Source: a virus. Taken from it: a stretch of DNA of 64,000 nt. Under the pieces are notes generated by a model. The model ran no database searches and was not told where the DNA came from. It saw only the letters and a program-made list of their open reading frames with translations. Location: the IMG/VR virus record IMGVR_UViG_3300006793_000013; one strand, written 5' to 3'. The position numbers were made by a program, and so were the translations under genes. Shown here piece by piece: positions 19,176 to 28,036 of the stretch (its first letter is position 1; every line of letters begins with the position of its first letter).

Positions 19176-20385
19176 AATGCCATGTAGGGCATTTAAAGTT
19201 TTCAATTTCATACACAACTATATCTCTTACAGACCCATATAAGTTATAATATGTAAATGCTTCGGAAGTTCTTGAGCTGAAATTTATCTGTGCAGCAGGC
19301 ATTTTTTCCTTCAAATAATTAATTAAATGGTTCTCTTTTTGCAGTTTATACTTGATACTGTATAGTGTATTAGTACCCTCATAGCAAAAAATGTTGCTTA
19401 AATTAAACAATGTAAACTCTTGTTTACTTAAATCAAGGTGATCACATATATTATAATGCTCTGCTAGTAAGTCCCATTCAATAAATTCATATTCTACATT
19501 AGGTAAACGTTCAACATTTTCTTTCCAATAGTCTAAACTTTGCTTGTTGTAATCATACATAATAACCTTAACAGGAAGTTCTTTATGTAACCAGTCTTTG
19601 TAATTTTCTCCGCTGGCAGGTACAACTACTTGCTGTAAGTCTTTGTATTTTCTATTAGGGTGTTCGGTATGATCTGTATGTACATGTTCGGTTCTACAAA
19701 ACCCGTCTTTGTAATATGCATATTCTATCTGCTTGTAAAAGTCTTTAGGTGATTCAGGATACAGATGATACTTGTTATTTCTAACACTGTCATCAAAACT
19801 GCGTATACCGTAACCTGCATCTAAAGATTTTTGAATAATGTTCCAACCATGCCTTTTATGATTGTATGGTTGAAACTCACAACCGGGTGCAATCCATACA
19901 GGTGTGTACTCGTCATGATAATTTTCTTGACTTCTTACAGGCTGTCTTGTAAAAAAGTCTTCACCCATACTTTCATCACCGATAGTAGGCATTCCTAGCT
20001 CACGCCATTTTTGTAAATTAATTAGATAGCACTGTTGATGTAGCTCATAGTATGCATCACCTCTATCCAAAATATGTCCTGTTACTACAAAGTCATCTTG
20101 GCATAATTTAGCAATAGCATCAATACCTGCTGTGCCGTTAGTGAATTCTGTACCCGTAGACAGCACACAAGCGTATTTAAAGCGGTTTTGTGCCTCAAGT
20201 AGTAGTAAGTACTCATTCGTACCTTGAAGTACGCTGTAGCCTTTGCTAAACAAGTTTTGTAGTGTGAAATCTGCTTGGTTCTTAGTAAGCTCTTTTATCC
20301 ATGGATCTGTAATAGTTGTAGTTGTATCTAGAATACAAAATACTAATTCTCTATCGTCTGTGTTGTTGTATTCAACTATATTCAT
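19153..20385 (-). CDS. Hypothetical protein, 410 aa (possible GT-like N-terminus)
   Basis: Long ORF embedded in the island; no firm motif. Confidence 0.5.
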   Translation of the reverse strand: MNIVEYNNTDDRELVFCILDTTTTITDPWIKELTKNQADFTLQNLFSKGYSVLQGTNEYLLLLEAQNRFKYACVLSTGTEFTNGTAGIDAIAKLCQDDFVVTGHILDRGDAYYELHQQCYLINLQKWRELGMPTIGDESMGEDFFTRQPVRSQENYHDEYTPVWIAPGCEFQPYNHKRHGWNIIQKSLDAGYGIRSFDDSVRNNKYHLYPESPKDFYKQIEYAYYKDGFCRTEHVHTDHTEHPNRKYKDLQQVVVPASGENYKDWLHKELPVKVIMYDYNKQSLDYWKENVERLPNVEYEFIEWDLLAEHYNICDHLDLSKQEFTLFNLSNIFCYEGTNTLYSIKYKLQKENHLINYLKEKMPAAQINFSSRTSEAFTYYNLYGSVRDIVVYEIENFKCPTWHSSDWYTQ

Positions 20386-21103
20386 ATTGTTTTCGATAAC
20401 TCCTTGCTACAAGCTCTGCAAATTCTTTTTTACTTTTTCCTGGAATACCATGTGAAATTAAATGTATCCTTGATTGATTAGATGGATTAATAACACTATG
20501 ATAGTTTCTAATGTTTATAATAAATGCCTTGCCTTCTTCAAAAGGTACACAACCATATCCTTCAAGAGTCATTACACAATCTTTAGGGTGTATAATTGCT
20601 ACATTGATAGGAACACCAAACTCTAAAATATCTAAATTATCCTCACCTGGTAACTTTCCAGGTGCGTCACTGTGTGGACTAATATAACCTTCTGGCTCTA
20701 TTTGCATAAGTCGTATTCTTCGATAAGTTTCATAAGGAAAACGTTGCCAAAAACTTTTTATACTTGGTGTAGATTCACTTAGTGTAGTCCATTTGTAAGG
20801 AACATCTTCTTCACGCTCATAGCCGTAATTTGTCCATGCACCGGTTTTGTCAACATCAATGCCATGAATACAAGCACTGTTCCAACCTGGGTGATCATTT
20901 CCTCTATGGTTATAGAATTTAGTATGCTGTATATCTGACTTCCATAAGTCTATAGGAATATCTATGTCTAATTCTAACCAACCAAAGTTGGCTTTGTTCA
21001 ACAACCAATGTGCTAGTTCTACGTCATTGCTGCAATCAGCAGGAGCCGCAGGCATTTTCCATATACAATCTTTGTTTTTTTCATAGAAATCTACAGCATT
21101 CAT
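20372..21103 (-). CDS. AspH-like Fe/2OG oxygenase
   Basis: RIRLMQIEPEGYISPHSD...HSVINPSNQSRIHLI; likely start ATG 21103 (TAAGTA-N5-ATG). Confidence 0.8.
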   Translation of the reverse strand: MNAVDFYEKNKDCIWKMPAAPADCSNDVELAHWLLNKANFGWLELDIDIPIDLWKSDIQHTKFYNHRGNDHPGWNSACIHGIDVDKTGAWTNYGYEREEDVPYKWTTLSESTPSIKSFWQRFPYETYRRIRLMQIEPEGYISPHSDAPGKLPGEDNLDILEFGVPINVAIIHPKDCVMTLEGYGCVPFEEGKAFIINIRNYHSVINPSNQSRIHLISHGIPGKSKKEFAELVARSYRKQYEYS

Positions 21104-21130
21104 ATAGTTACTTATGCAGTTATATGCTCT

Positions 21131-21138
21131 TATAAATA
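21131..21138 (+). promoter_or_regulatory. Full T4 late promoter TATAAATA, 5 nt before ATG 21144
   Basis: TATAAATA-GTAAT-ATG. Confidence 0.75.
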
Positions 21139-21143
21139 GTAAT

Positions 21144-22100
21144 ATGGATAATAGATTAAGCCTACCCAGTGAAAATCCTGTATGCATTATTATAAACAAT
21201 ACCTGTAATCTTACATGTAATGCATGTGGTACATTGCAGAATTATAATTTTGCAGGAGTAATGTCTTGGAAGGAAGAAAAGCATCTTTATGAAGAATGGG
21301 CTAAGAAAGCAAACTTCCCAGAGATTGACATACTAGGAGGAGAGCCATATCTTAATCCTGAACTGTTAGACTGGGCATTAGGTATTAAAAGCCTATGGCC
21401 AGACAGCCAAGTGAACGTTGTAACTAACGGAACATTATTAGGATTGAAAAAGAATGTTGAAACAACTCGTACATTTTTAGAAGCAGGTGTATGTTTAAAT
21501 TTATCAGGACATGATCAAAAAGATATTCCTAAATTTAAAATGTTCATTGATAAAATTCTAGAACCATTCGGCGACAGAGCTGAAAGGATAAATCCAGATT
21601 ATGATGATCCATACGGATTTGAACATTTAGATATGTGGCAGATTGATGGAAAGTATGCTATTGGACATACTATTGTAGATAAGATGTTTCCTAACTATGT
21701 AAAAGAAGTAAAAGACAATACAATAATTTTAGATGATGGCGACAGAGAAGAGAGTCATGATGCATGTTTATACGGACAACACTGCCATACACTACAACGA
21801 GGCAAACTATTTAAATGTCCTCTAGTGCTAAACTATGATGAATTAAAAACACAAACATATTACGAAGAAAGAGCATACCCATTATTAGAAGATTATAAGC
21901 CATTAACAGTAGACCAAGACAAAGAAACAATGCAAGACTTCTTTAACAATATAGGAAAGTCAATTCCAGCATGTTCTTTGTGTGCTATGCACAAAAAACC
22001 AAAGCCAAAAGAACTTTCAGTTGATGTACAATTTGATAAAAACAGAAAGAAAGCATTCAAAGGAGTAGACCTTGTCAAAGTTAAAAATCTCACATCTTGA
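21144..22100 (+). CDS. Radical SAM protein
   Basis: CNLTCNAC, ILGGEP, VTNG, LFKCP, CSLC. Confidence 0.9.
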   Translation: MDNRLSLPSENPVCIIINNTCNLTCNACGTLQNYNFAGVMSWKEEKHLYEEWAKKANFPEIDILGGEPYLNPELLDWALGIKSLWPDSQVNVVTNGTLLGLKKNVETTRTFLEAGVCLNLSGHDQKDIPKFKMFIDKILEPFGDRAERINPDYDDPYGFEHLDMWQIDGKYAIGHTIVDKMFPNYVKEVKDNTIILDDGDREESHDACLYGQHCHTLQRGKLFKCPLVLNYDELKTQTYYEERAYPLLEDYKPLTVDQDKETMQDFFNNIGKSIPACSLCAMHKKPKPKELSVDVQFDKNRKKAFKGVDLVKVKNLTS

Positions 22101-22908
22101 GTGGCATGTAGCTCACTCATGTAATCTTACATGTGTAGGGTGTGGGCATTTTAGTAATCATAGACATACAGGTATAGTGAAGTATGACGAGTTAGAATCT
22201 TGGTATAAGAGCTGGGCTCATAGACTTGATCCAGAAACCATTGATATACTAGGAGGAGAGCCTCTACTAAACAAAGACATTTATAATATTCTTTTCTTAA
22301 CAAGAAAGTACTGGCCCGACTGCGAAAACTTAAATTTACAAACTAATGGCTTTCTGCTTTACAAGTATCCTGACTTACCTAAAGTGTTAGAAGAAACTAA
22401 TATATCTATTAGTCTTAGTAAGCATAGTACTAAAGAAGCATATATGAAAAAGTTTGCTCCTGCAGAAGAATTACTATTACAATGGAAAAAAGATTATAAC
22501 ATTAAAGCAGAAGTTGCTCCGTGCCATACATATTGGTTTGAAATATACAAAGGGTATGGAAACAATATGATGCCTTATGAAGACAATGACGCACAGAAGA
22601 GTTGGGACAATTGTATTACAGGACAAGATTGTTTCCAACTACTAGATAACGAAATATACAAATGTGCGCCACTAGCATATCTACCATTCCAAAAGAAATT
22701 ATACAACTTATCTCCTAAATGGGATCCCTATTTAAAGTATAAGCCAATAACAGCAGATTGCACAGATCAAGAACTAGCAGAGTTTTTTGCTAGAGGATGT
22801 GAAAGTTTTTGCTCAATGTGTCCTTCCAATCCAAAGCGTATGGATCAACAAGGCGATCCGACAACTCCAAGATCACACTACGAAAACATAAAAATTCAAC
22901 AGGTATAA
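22072..22908 (+). CDS. Radical SAM protein
   Basis: CNLTCVGC, ILGGEP, TNG, IYKCAP, CSMC; TTG start with AGGAG. Confidence 0.9.
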   Translation: MSKLKISHLEWHVAHSCNLTCVGCGHFSNHRHTGIVKYDELESWYKSWAHRLDPETIDILGGEPLLNKDIYNILFLTRKYWPDCENLNLQTNGFLLYKYPDLPKVLEETNISISLSKHSTKEAYMKKFAPAEELLLQWKKDYNIKAEVAPCHTYWFEIYKGYGNNMMPYEDNDAQKSWDNCITGQDCFQLLDNEIYKCAPLAYLPFQKKLYNLSPKWDPYLKYKPITADCTDQELAEFFARGCESFCSMCPSNPKRMDQQGDPTTPRSHYENIKIQQV

Positions 22909-22916
22909 ACTGCGCA

Positions 22917-22924
22917 TATAAATA
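22917..22924 (+). promoter_or_regulatory. Full T4 late promoter TATAAATA, 5 nt before ATG 22930
   Basis: TATAAATA-CTAGT-ATG. Confidence 0.75.
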
Positions 22925-22929
22925 CTAGT

Positions 22930-23865
22930 ATGCAAAAGTTTCCATACGATAAAAAACATTTACCATTTGGACATTCAGGAGCAGTCCTCGATCAAGAAGT
23001 AATGAACTTTTTGAACATGATGCCTCTTAGATTCACAGAACATATGTATGATGTAAATGTAACTGAAGAATATTTAGAAAGATATCATGCTTGGATTAGA
23101 ATGTCAGCTCTAAATTTAATGGCAGGCATAGATGATTTTCCTTACAAATGTTACTCTCATGGTACTACTGAATCATTTGATAAATTTTACATGAAGCATA
23201 AGGATAGAAGATTCAGATGTTTTAGAGGTGAATATCTTTATCACCAGTTAGCATGGCGTGATAAATTTAATTGGTTGTATGCCGATGATGATTGTTTAGA
23301 TGCCAATGACGCACTAGTTATTAGTTTACCTTTTAGTAATACAGGAAACAAACACAAGTTACACGAAGCAGCATTAGATGAATGTGATAGACTAGGTATA
23401 CCTGTTTTACTTGACTGTTGCTATTTTGGTATATCGTCTGCTATAGAATTTAACTTTAAGCACGAATGTATAACTGATATTGTTTTTAGTTTATCAAAAA
23501 CATTTCCAGTAGCACATGCAAGGATAGGTATGCGTTTAAGCAAATACGATGACGATGATACTTTATTTGTTTATAACAAAAATAGTTACGTGAATAGACT
23601 AGGTGCTTATATAGGTTTACAATTAATGGAAAATTATAGTCCTGACTTTATCTATAAAAAGTATAAATCACAACAATTAGAATTTTGTAAACATTTAGGT
23701 GTCGAGCCTAGTAGCACGGTATTATTTGGTATTGCGCCTCAAGACAAGTATGTAGAATACGATAGAGGTGGCGGCAGTCCTGATGCTGAACTGAATAGGC
23801 TCAGTTTTCATAAATTTCTACCTATGTCAATTGAGGAGTTCGCACAGTGCATAAAGCAAGAGTAG
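22930..23865 (+). CDS. PLP-dependent aminotransferase class I/II-like enzyme
   Basis: LLDCCY, FSLSKTF...ARIG PLP-lysine motif. Confidence 0.75.
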   Translation: MQKFPYDKKHLPFGHSGAVLDQEVMNFLNMMPLRFTEHMYDVNVTEEYLERYHAWIRMSALNLMAGIDDFPYKCYSHGTTESFDKFYMKHKDRRFRCFRGEYLYHQLAWRDKFNWLYADDDCLDANDALVISLPFSNTGNKHKLHEAALDECDRLGIPVLLDCCYFGISSAIEFNFKHECITDIVFSLSKTFPVAHARIGMRLSKYDDDDTLFVYNKNSYVNRLGAYIGLQLMENYSPDFIYKKYKSQQLEFCKHLGVEPSSTVLFGIAPQDKYVEYDRGGGSPDAELNRLSFHKFLPMSIEEFAQCIKQE

Positions 23866-25043
23866 TTAATATAGAATGGACGCCTGATAATAATAGGTGG
23901 AATCTTGATAAACAAGTATTCAGCAAATTAAAACTAAAGTGGATATTCAAAGAACTTAAACAAGCAGCCAAAGACGGGTGTGATACTGTCATTGCAGTAA
24001 TGATGATTGATGGTGTTTTAAATCTAGAGCCGAATATATGGCCAGGTGAAGTTGCTAAGATGAAAGAGCGTTGTACAAAACTAGGAATAGAAAAACTAGT
24101 GTTTGTTTCAGGCCATGGTGGACACGAATGGATTATGCCTGTAGCATTTGATAAAATGTATTCTATTGATTACACACTTCAATTCACTTATAAATCTTAC
24201 GAAGATAGAATTAAAAAAAATAAACTAACTGAATACAATCCACATGCAAATAAATTTTTATTCCTTGGCGGTGTGCCATCGAGAATGAATCGTATAGGAT
24301 TGCTTTACAAGTATTATAAACTTGGAATGTTAGACTATAATGCTATTTGGACATTCTTTGTTCCATGGACAGAAGAAGAACGTAAAGTATGCAAGGATAT
24401 AATGCATATTTTATCAGAAGAAGAATTTAACGAGTTTTGTAATTTTGCTGATAGAAGAATAGGTGATGAATACGAAAATGCTAAAAAGTTTTTTGCAGAA
24501 GAATATTATCAAACAGGTGATTGGCATGATGTTGGTGATACTGATTGGGCTAAAGCACCTGCACTAATTGACAGTAGCATATTTCCAGAAACGTGTTTAA
24601 GCATTATTAGTGAAGGCCCTAACTATTGGAATTATAGTACAAACAATTCTTTTGTGACAGAAAAATTTTGGAGAGCAGTATTTCATAAACACCCGTTCTT
24701 GTTTGCAGGCGACATAGATCAGTTCAAATATATGGAAAATCTTGGGTTCAGAACATTTACAGAATACATGACTATACCAGAGTATGCACACCTTGAAACA
24801 GAGGAGCAACGTCTTGATGCAATTGTAACTAATACAGCAGACTTTTTAAAACTTAAGAAGCCGCAAGGACTAATTGATGATATAGAACATAACTATCAAT
24901 TAGCAAAGCGTTATCTTGATAAACAACATTTACTTTTTGATTATTTGGTTGAGCATTATGGTGCACCAAGAGAGGAAGTAAACTATTATCTTAATCAAAC
25001 AGGATATAGTAATCTAGTACAGAGACCGCCATCGTATGAGTAA
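23847..25043 (+). CDS. Putative glycosyltransferase (GT10-like motif)
   Basis: LSIISE...FVTEKFWRAV..KHPFLFAG resembles the GT10 E(N)...YxTEK donor-binding motif. Confidence 0.45.
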   Translation: MHKARVVNIEWTPDNNRWNLDKQVFSKLKLKWIFKELKQAAKDGCDTVIAVMMIDGVLNLEPNIWPGEVAKMKERCTKLGIEKLVFVSGHGGHEWIMPVAFDKMYSIDYTLQFTYKSYEDRIKKNKLTEYNPHANKFLFLGGVPSRMNRIGLLYKYYKLGMLDYNAIWTFFVPWTEEERKVCKDIMHILSEEEFNEFCNFADRRIGDEYENAKKFFAEEYYQTGDWHDVGDTDWAKAPALIDSSIFPETCLSIISEGPNYWNYSTNNSFVTEKFWRAVFHKHPFLFAGDIDQFKYMENLGFRTFTEYMTIPEYAHLETEEQRLDAIVTNTADFLKLKKPQGLIDDIEHNYQLAKRYLDKQHLLFDYLVEHYGAPREEVNYYLNQTGYSNLVQRPPSYE

Positions 25044-25950
25044 ATGTGCAGCATTTTATAAGCATACTAATGTGCGTAGTGGAAATAGAATATTTCCTTG
25101 CTGTCGCTACAAAGAACCTGTTGCTGTTTTTGACGGTAATCTAAATAAGATACTTGACTTACCAGAAATGCAAAAGTTAAGAGAAACGCCGGTTGAAGAT
25201 AATCCTAATTGTGCAAAATGCATACACGAAGAGTCACTAGGCAAGAATAGTTTGCGTGAACGCTTTAATGCTGAGTATGACACAGAAGAAGTAAAATTAG
25301 AATATTTAGAAATAGGGTTTGATAATATTTGTAATGCAGCCTGCGACGGTTGTTATCCAGAGTTTAGCAGCGAGTGGGGTAAGATACTAGACCCAAATAA
25401 AAAGAAACATATTGTAAGCAGTGATGAAATAACTTCTATTCCAGACACTGTAACAAAGATATTATTCTTAGGTGGCGAACCGTTAATGACTAACAGGCAT
25501 AGACGCTTACTAGAAATGGTAAACGATCTAAGTAAAATGACAGTGATATACAACACTAACGGTACATTTATGTTAGACAAAGAAACAATAAGGCAACTTG
25601 AAAAATGTAAAAGTGTTGAATTCATTCTAAGTCTTGACGGCTATGGCGAACTAAATGAGCGTGTAAGAAAAAACTGCGAATGGAATAAGATAGAACGCTT
25701 TATCGATCAAGTAAAGATATGGGGTTACAAATTAAGTGTAAACACTGTGCTACATAGAAATAACTATCACGGACTTGTTGATTTAGAAAACTATATTAAC
25801 AGTTTAAAAGATGTTGAGTGGTCAGTAAACATACTTACATTTCCTAAACAATTAGACGTTAACACAGTTGAAAATAAACAAGAAGTAATAAACAGTATAG
25901 CAAAAACAAATATAGCAAACAAGGAAGCACTTATTAACCATGTTGCATGA
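25036..25950 (+). CDS. Radical SAM protein with N-terminal twitch domain
   Basis: KCAAF...PCC...CAKC; CNAACDGC; FLGGEP; NTNG. Confidence 0.88.
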   Translation: MSKCAAFYKHTNVRSGNRIFPCCRYKEPVAVFDGNLNKILDLPEMQKLRETPVEDNPNCAKCIHEESLGKNSLRERFNAEYDTEEVKLEYLEIGFDNICNAACDGCYPEFSSEWGKILDPNKKKHIVSSDEITSIPDTVTKILFLGGEPLMTNRHRRLLEMVNDLSKMTVIYNTNGTFMLDKETIRQLEKCKSVEFILSLDGYGELNERVRKNCEWNKIERFIDQVKIWGYKLSVNTVLHRNNYHGLVDLENYINSLKDVEWSVNILTFPKQLDVNTVENKQEVINSIAKTNIANKEALINHVA

Positions 25951-26488
25951 TATTAAAACATACGTTGACCATGATAAGTTTTTACAAGCAGTAGAAGCAG
26001 CAAAGACTGCTATACCTAATAAGTTTTGTATTGTAGAACATCTAGTTGATGTAACAGAATATGATGACAGTCCTGACTTAACAGAAATACATCCAAAAGA
26101 TAGAGATAACGTAGACTTCCGTATTTGTATATTTCACCCAGATAAAGATAATCGAATACCAAGACTAAAACCTGTTTGTGATATACTTGAAAGTATGCAA
26201 GGTGTTGAACGTGCTGCTATTATAAACATAGGCCCTAAGTCTATTATGCCAAAGCATATTGATGATATGGAAAGGCCGTTGTACGAAGAAACTCCATTCT
26301 ATAATGTGTTTACAGGTTTCCATATTCCACAAGGAGAGTTAGGTGTTAAAGTTGGAGAAGATATAGCAGACGTTAGCAAACCAATTGTTTTTAATGCACA
26401 AATACCACACGAAGCATGGAACCACACTTCGCAAGACTGGCTGTCTTTGCTGATATATATTAACAAAGATACATTTAAAAAGGAATAA
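25940..26488 (+). CDS. AspH-like Fe/2OG oxygenase
   Basis: IGPKSIMPKHID...PHEAWNHT. Confidence 0.75.
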   Translation: MLHDIKTYVDHDKFLQAVEAAKTAIPNKFCIVEHLVDVTEYDDSPDLTEIHPKDRDNVDFRICIFHPDKDNRIPRLKPVCDILESMQGVERAAIINIGPKSIMPKHIDDMERPLYEETPFYNVFTGFHIPQGELGVKVGEDIADVSKPIVFNAQIPHEAWNHTSQDWLSLLIYINKDTFKKE

Positions 26489-26489
26489 C

Positions 26490-27542
26490 ATGAAAGTATC
26501 TACTCACAACCATTGGGATCCCTTAGAAGAGATAGTAGTTGGAATAGCTGATCATGCTAGAGTACCAACTGTTGATCGTAGCACTATGAGTATGAGCTAC
26601 ACTAATCATCCTATAGATTTAATTAAGCCTTTAGAAGGCGCATACCCAGAATGGCTTATTGACGAAGCCAACGAAGATTTACAAGGACTGAGTGACGTTT
26701 TATCTAAAGAAGGTATAAAAGTACACAGACCTATTCCTATTGATCACAGTGTAGAATTTAGTACACCTGAATGGAAAACTACAGGTTGGTATACGTGGTG
26801 TCCTAGAGATTTACTATTGCCAATGGACAACTTAGTAATTGAAACTCCAAGTGCTTGTCGTGCAAGGCAATATGAAACAAGAGCATACAGAAACATCATG
26901 TTAGAAGCAATTGACGATGGTGTTGAATGGATTGCTGCACCTAAGCCAATATTGCCAGATGAAGGATATCAATTTGAAGATATTGAAGGCAAGCCTAGTT
27001 TGCTAAACTTAGAACCTATCTTTGATGCACCAAATTGTGTACGTTTAGGTAAAGACATATTATTCCAAATTAGTAACACAGGTAACCACTGGGGACTGAA
27101 ATGGTTACAAAATGTTTTAGAGCATAGAGGTTATCGTATACACCCTGCAGAACATATTTACAGTTACGGACACTTTGATAGCACAATAGTACCTTTACGT
27201 CCTGGATTAGTATTACTAAACAGTTCAAGAGTAACCGCAGAAAACTGTCCTAAGGTATTTGAGAAATGGGATAAGATTTGGTTTGATGATTGTGTTGCTC
27301 AAGGAAGTAAGATACCAGGAGGTGTTGCTCCTTGTAGTCCTTATATAGGAATGAATATTTTAAGTATTAATCACGATACTGTTGTGGTAGATGATACTCA
27401 AGAACCTTTAATGAAAGAATTAGACAAGCATGGTATTACTAGTGTACCTGTACGCTTTAGACATGCTATGACTTTAAGTGGTGGTTTGCATTGTGCAACA
27501 CTTGATTTAAAACGTAAAGGTGTATTGGAGGATTATACATAA
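26490..27542 (+). CDS. Amidinotransferase (StrB1 / glycine amidinotransferase family)
   Basis: WDPLEEIVVG, CPRD, FDAPN, GHFDST, SGGLHCAT (catalytic D/H/C present). Confidence 0.92.
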   Translation: MKVSTHNHWDPLEEIVVGIADHARVPTVDRSTMSMSYTNHPIDLIKPLEGAYPEWLIDEANEDLQGLSDVLSKEGIKVHRPIPIDHSVEFSTPEWKTTGWYTWCPRDLLLPMDNLVIETPSACRARQYETRAYRNIMLEAIDDGVEWIAAPKPILPDEGYQFEDIEGKPSLLNLEPIFDAPNCVRLGKDILFQISNTGNHWGLKWLQNVLEHRGYRIHPAEHIYSYGHFDSTIVPLRPGLVLLNSSRVTAENCPKVFEKWDKIWFDDCVAQGSKIPGGVAPCSPYIGMNILSINHDTVVVDDTQEPLMKELDKHGITSVPVRFRHAMTLSGGLHCATLDLKRKGVLEDYT

Positions 27543-28036
27543 TGCTAAAGTACTGGGGCAAAGTAGATGACTTCTGGAAAGAAGATTTACAGAATTACAA
27601 ATGGCCCGAATCTGTAAGCACAGGACAGAATGAAAATTTTCATGATGCTTACTTTGATGAAACAAATAATTTAATGCAAGGGTTTGATGGACAATTACCA
27701 AAATGTTATGGTAGGTTCTTTAAAGAACTATACATTGAAGATGAAGCAGTCAGCAGTATAAGCTGGACACAAATTAAGCCGTCAGGAACTATTCCTGTAC
27801 ATGCAGACAAATTTTTTAAACTTAGAAAAAAGCATAATGTGGACATTGATGATTGCTTAAGATATCTTATATTTTTAGAAGATTGGACATTAGGACATCT
27901 TGTTGAGTTTGAGCAACAACCTATTACTAAATGGGAAAAAGGTGATGTATGGACATTTACACATGAAGATATACACTGTGCTGGAAATGCCAGCAACTTC
28001 AACTTTAATACTTGCCAAGTAAACACGAGGAAATAA
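27542..28036 (+). CDS. Fe/2OG-type cupin oxygenase
   Basis: VHAD...IHCAGN. Confidence 0.7.
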   Translation: MLKYWGKVDDFWKEDLQNYKWPESVSTGQNENFHDAYFDETNNLMQGFDGQLPKCYGRFFKELYIEDEAVSSISWTQIKPSGTIPVHADKFFKLRKKHNVDIDDCLRYLIFLEDWTLGHLVEFEQQPITKWEKGDVWTFTHEDIHCAGNASNFNFNTCQVNTRK

